Source of the DNA: Alphaproteobacteria bacterium
GTDB taxonomy: Bacteria; Pseudomonadota; Alphaproteobacteria; JAJUGE01
Direction: 5' to 3'
DNA length: 64,000 nt
Assembly: GCA_029268305.1 (NCBI GenBank)
Contig: JAJUGE010000005.1
Location: 28,969 to 92,968, forward strand
Below, one piece after another: positions 62,180-64,000 of this stretch (positions within the stretch are counted from its first letter, which is position 1; each line of letters opens with the position of its first letter). Made by a program: the position numbers and the translations under genes. The notes below the pieces were generated by a model that ran no database searches, had not been told where the DNA came from, and was given only the letters and a program-made list of their open reading frames with translations.

Positions 62180-64000
62180 TCGGCCGCGGTCTCCGATCTT
62201 GCTCTCGCCTCCGAGAGGAGGGCTTCCAGGTCGCGCATGCGCATCGGCAGGGTCGAGGTCGAGACGCCGAGAGGCGCCAGCGCATCGTTCACGGCGCTGG
62301 CGATCGCCGCCGGCGCGCCGAGATATCCGGCTTCCCCGGCACCCTTCTGGCCGAACTCGGTGTGCGGTGACGGCGTGAAGTGCTCCACCAGATGGATATC
62401 CGGCACCTCGTGCGCCGAGGGCAGCAGATAGTCCATGAACGAGCCGCTGAGGTGCTGGCCGTCCTCGTCGTACTCGAACTTCTCGTAGAGGGCGGCGCCG
62501 ATCCCGTGGGCGATGCCGCCGTTGATCATGCCGCGCACGATGTCCGGATTGATGACCGTGCCGCAATCATGCCCGATCCAATAAGCGAGGATGGCAACGC
62601 GGCCCGTATCCGGGTCGATCTCGACCAGCGGAATATGCGCTTCGAACGAGTAGCAGGGGTACATCTGTACCCGCCCGTCCTCGGTCGGTAACGTACCGCC
62701 CTGGGGAACCTGCATCACGCTCGTCGCCTGCAGGCCCGGTTCCATGTCGGGCGGCATCAGGTGCATCTTGCGATGAGCGATGGTGACGAGGTCGGCGAAC
62801 GACAGGCTGCGCCCGTCCCCAGTGCCGACCATACCGTCGACGTAGGTGAGGGCGTCGACCTCGACCCCGAAATTGTGTGCGGCGATCCGCATTAGATCGG
62901 CCTTCACCTTGCGGGCGGCTCGCGCGGCCGCGCCGCCGAGCATGATCGCCATCCGACTCGCGACGGGTGTGTTGGTCGGCATACCGGAAAGCGTGTCGGC
63001 ATGGACGACACGGATCGTGTCGGGATCGCGCTCCAGAATTTCCCCGACCACCGTCGACACCAGAGTCTCGTGTCCCTGACCTGACGTGGAGGTGGCGATG
63101 ATCGCCGTGATCTGCCCGGTCATGTCGATCTTGACCTGACACGATTCCATCCACGTCGTGGTGTCGTTCGCCGGGTTGAACAGCGGCTCGAAGGCGGAAT
63201 TGCCGCCACCCGGTTCGAGACAGGTGGCGATGCCGATGCCGACGAGACGGCCTTCGGCACGCATCGCGTCGCGCCGGGCGACCAGCCGATCGAAGTCCGC
63301 CAGGTCGAGGGTCTTGTCGAGGACGGTATGGTAGTCGCCGCTGTCGTACTCGCTGCCGCTCGGGATTGTGTAGGGAAACTGATCGGCGCGGATCAGGTTG
63401 CGGCGGCGCACCTCGATCCGGTCGAGACCGAGATAGGCGGCGACACGGTCGACCGCCATCTCGATCGCGACGTTGGTCGGTGCCTGGCCGAAGCCACGCA
63501 CCGCCGTCTGGCTGGTCTTGTTCGTAGTGACCGAGATCGCCTCATATTCGACGCTCTTAACCTGATAGGGGCCGCAGATCGCGCCTACCGGCTTCCCGAG
63601 CTGCAGTGGTGCCCGTCCGGGGTAGACGCCGACGTCGTCGAGTGCGCGGAGGCGGAGGGAGCGGATCGTGCCGTCGCCCTCGAAAGCGACGCCGACGTCG
63701 AAGATGCGGTCGGGTCCGTGGGCGTCGCCGCCCGACATGTTCTCGAGCCGGTCCTCGATCAGGCGCACGGGATAGCCAAAGCGGCGGGCAAGATCCCGGC
63801 GACGACGCTGTGCTTGATCCCGCGCTTGACGCCGTAGCTGCCGCCCACGTCGACATCGTAATGAGCGCGGATCTGGTTGAGCGGGATGCGGAGCGCCGCC
63901 GCCATCTGTTCTGTGAACTTCGGCATCTGGATCGACGCCCAGACGTCCAGAAGCTCGATGCCAGGATCCCAGCGGGCGACGACGCCGAAGGTCTCGATCG
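62176..64000 (-). pseudogene. Xanthine dehydrogenase/CoxL-family molybdopterin-binding subunit, 5'-truncated by the window edge, with an apparent 1-nt frameshift near 63785..63795 (pseudogene or sequence error)
   Basis: Between 64000 and 63762 one minus-strand frame reads IETFGVVARWDPGIELLDVWASIQMPKFTEQMAAALRIPLNQIRAHYDVDVGGSYGVKRGIKHSVVAGILPAALAIPCA and stops at TGA (63761..63759). A second frame reads ...LARRFGYPVRLIEDRLENMSGG... and continues 530 aa to 62176. Homologs have GGGFGxK, then about 17 aa, then G(R/Y)PV(K/R)xxEDR in a single frame. Confidence 0.6.

Noticed and set aside
63755-63800. Programmed ribosomal frameshifting in the coxL-like gene
   Set aside because: There is no X XXY YYZ slippery heptamer or obvious downstream stimulatory structure at the frame junction. 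A simple indel or base-calling error in a C/G run is more parsimonious.

Overview
High-GC, very gene-dense segment: I count about 58 protein-coding genes, one tRNA and only about 2.5 kb of non-coding DNA. Gene content suggests an alphaproteobacterial (Rhizobiales-like) chromosome or chromid. That is an inference from Tct/Bug and TRAP transporters, an RTX-type protein ending DDFLF, Tad pseudopilins and a split LigD. No search was run.

Gene order, left to right:
- tctCBA transporter, with tctB split in two and tctA running off the left edge.
- A hydrolase-rich block: two HSL-type esterases, a beta-lactamase-fold serine hydrolase and a lipoprotein alpha/beta hydrolase, around a Rieske ferredoxin and an Fe-ADH/maleylacetate-reductase-like gene.
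- An SDR-DoxX fusion coupled to a DUF2269 gene.
- NHEJ ligase and polymerase as two coupled genes.
- An SDR / acyl-CoA dehydrogenase / LLM oxidoreductase operon, and a D-carbamoylase.
- A bactofilin, then a NaChBac/NavAb-type voltage-gated sodium channel.
- prfC.
- A TAXI-type binding protein and a family III CoA-transferase.
- Three translationally coupled Tad-type genes (TadG-vWA, TadE, TadE) behind an AT-rich island.
- DUF169 and a membrane protein, tRNA-Leu(UAA), and a DUF1445 hydro-lyase.
- A GT4 / amylo-1,6-glucosidase pair, dctPQM, and an SSS symporter.
- Two MBL hydrolases flanking an HpcH/HpaI aldolase.
- An MFS DHA2 pump, an MlrC-like M81 peptidase, a threonine-synthase-type PLP enzyme, a cytoplasmic NMT1/THI5-like protein and an SDR.
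- A 1200-aa fused (TMD-NBD)2 ABC exporter.
- A 975-aa FAD/Fe-S oxidoreductase with an enoyl-CoA hydratase.
- A 1665-aa internally duplicated repeat protein with an RTX/T1SS-type C-terminus.
- A HIBADH-type dehydrogenase, an amidohydrolase_2 and a CoxL-type molybdopterin subunit that changes frame near the right edge.

Six gene pairs overlap by ATGA or GTGA: 489-492, 9566-9569, 10939-10942, 25850-25853, 26329-26332 and 62176-62179.

I found no rRNA, CRISPR array, transposase, integrase, phage, toxin-antitoxin or recognisable defence genes, and no recognisable transcription factor. Many long ORFs in the track are antisense or off-frame shadows typical of high-GC DNA, and I rejected them.

I do not see a clear-cut novel multi-gene system. 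The most interesting objects are:
- the giant T5SS/PEP-CTERM-repeat-like protein fused to an RTX tail, with no secretion genes nearby;
- the orphan Tad triad;
- the BacNav channel with a possible upstream micro-ORF;
- the fused full-length ABC exporter;
- the two apparently disrupted genes (tctB and the coxL-like gene).

All family assignments come from motif and sequence recognition by eye and need HMM or BLAST confirmation.
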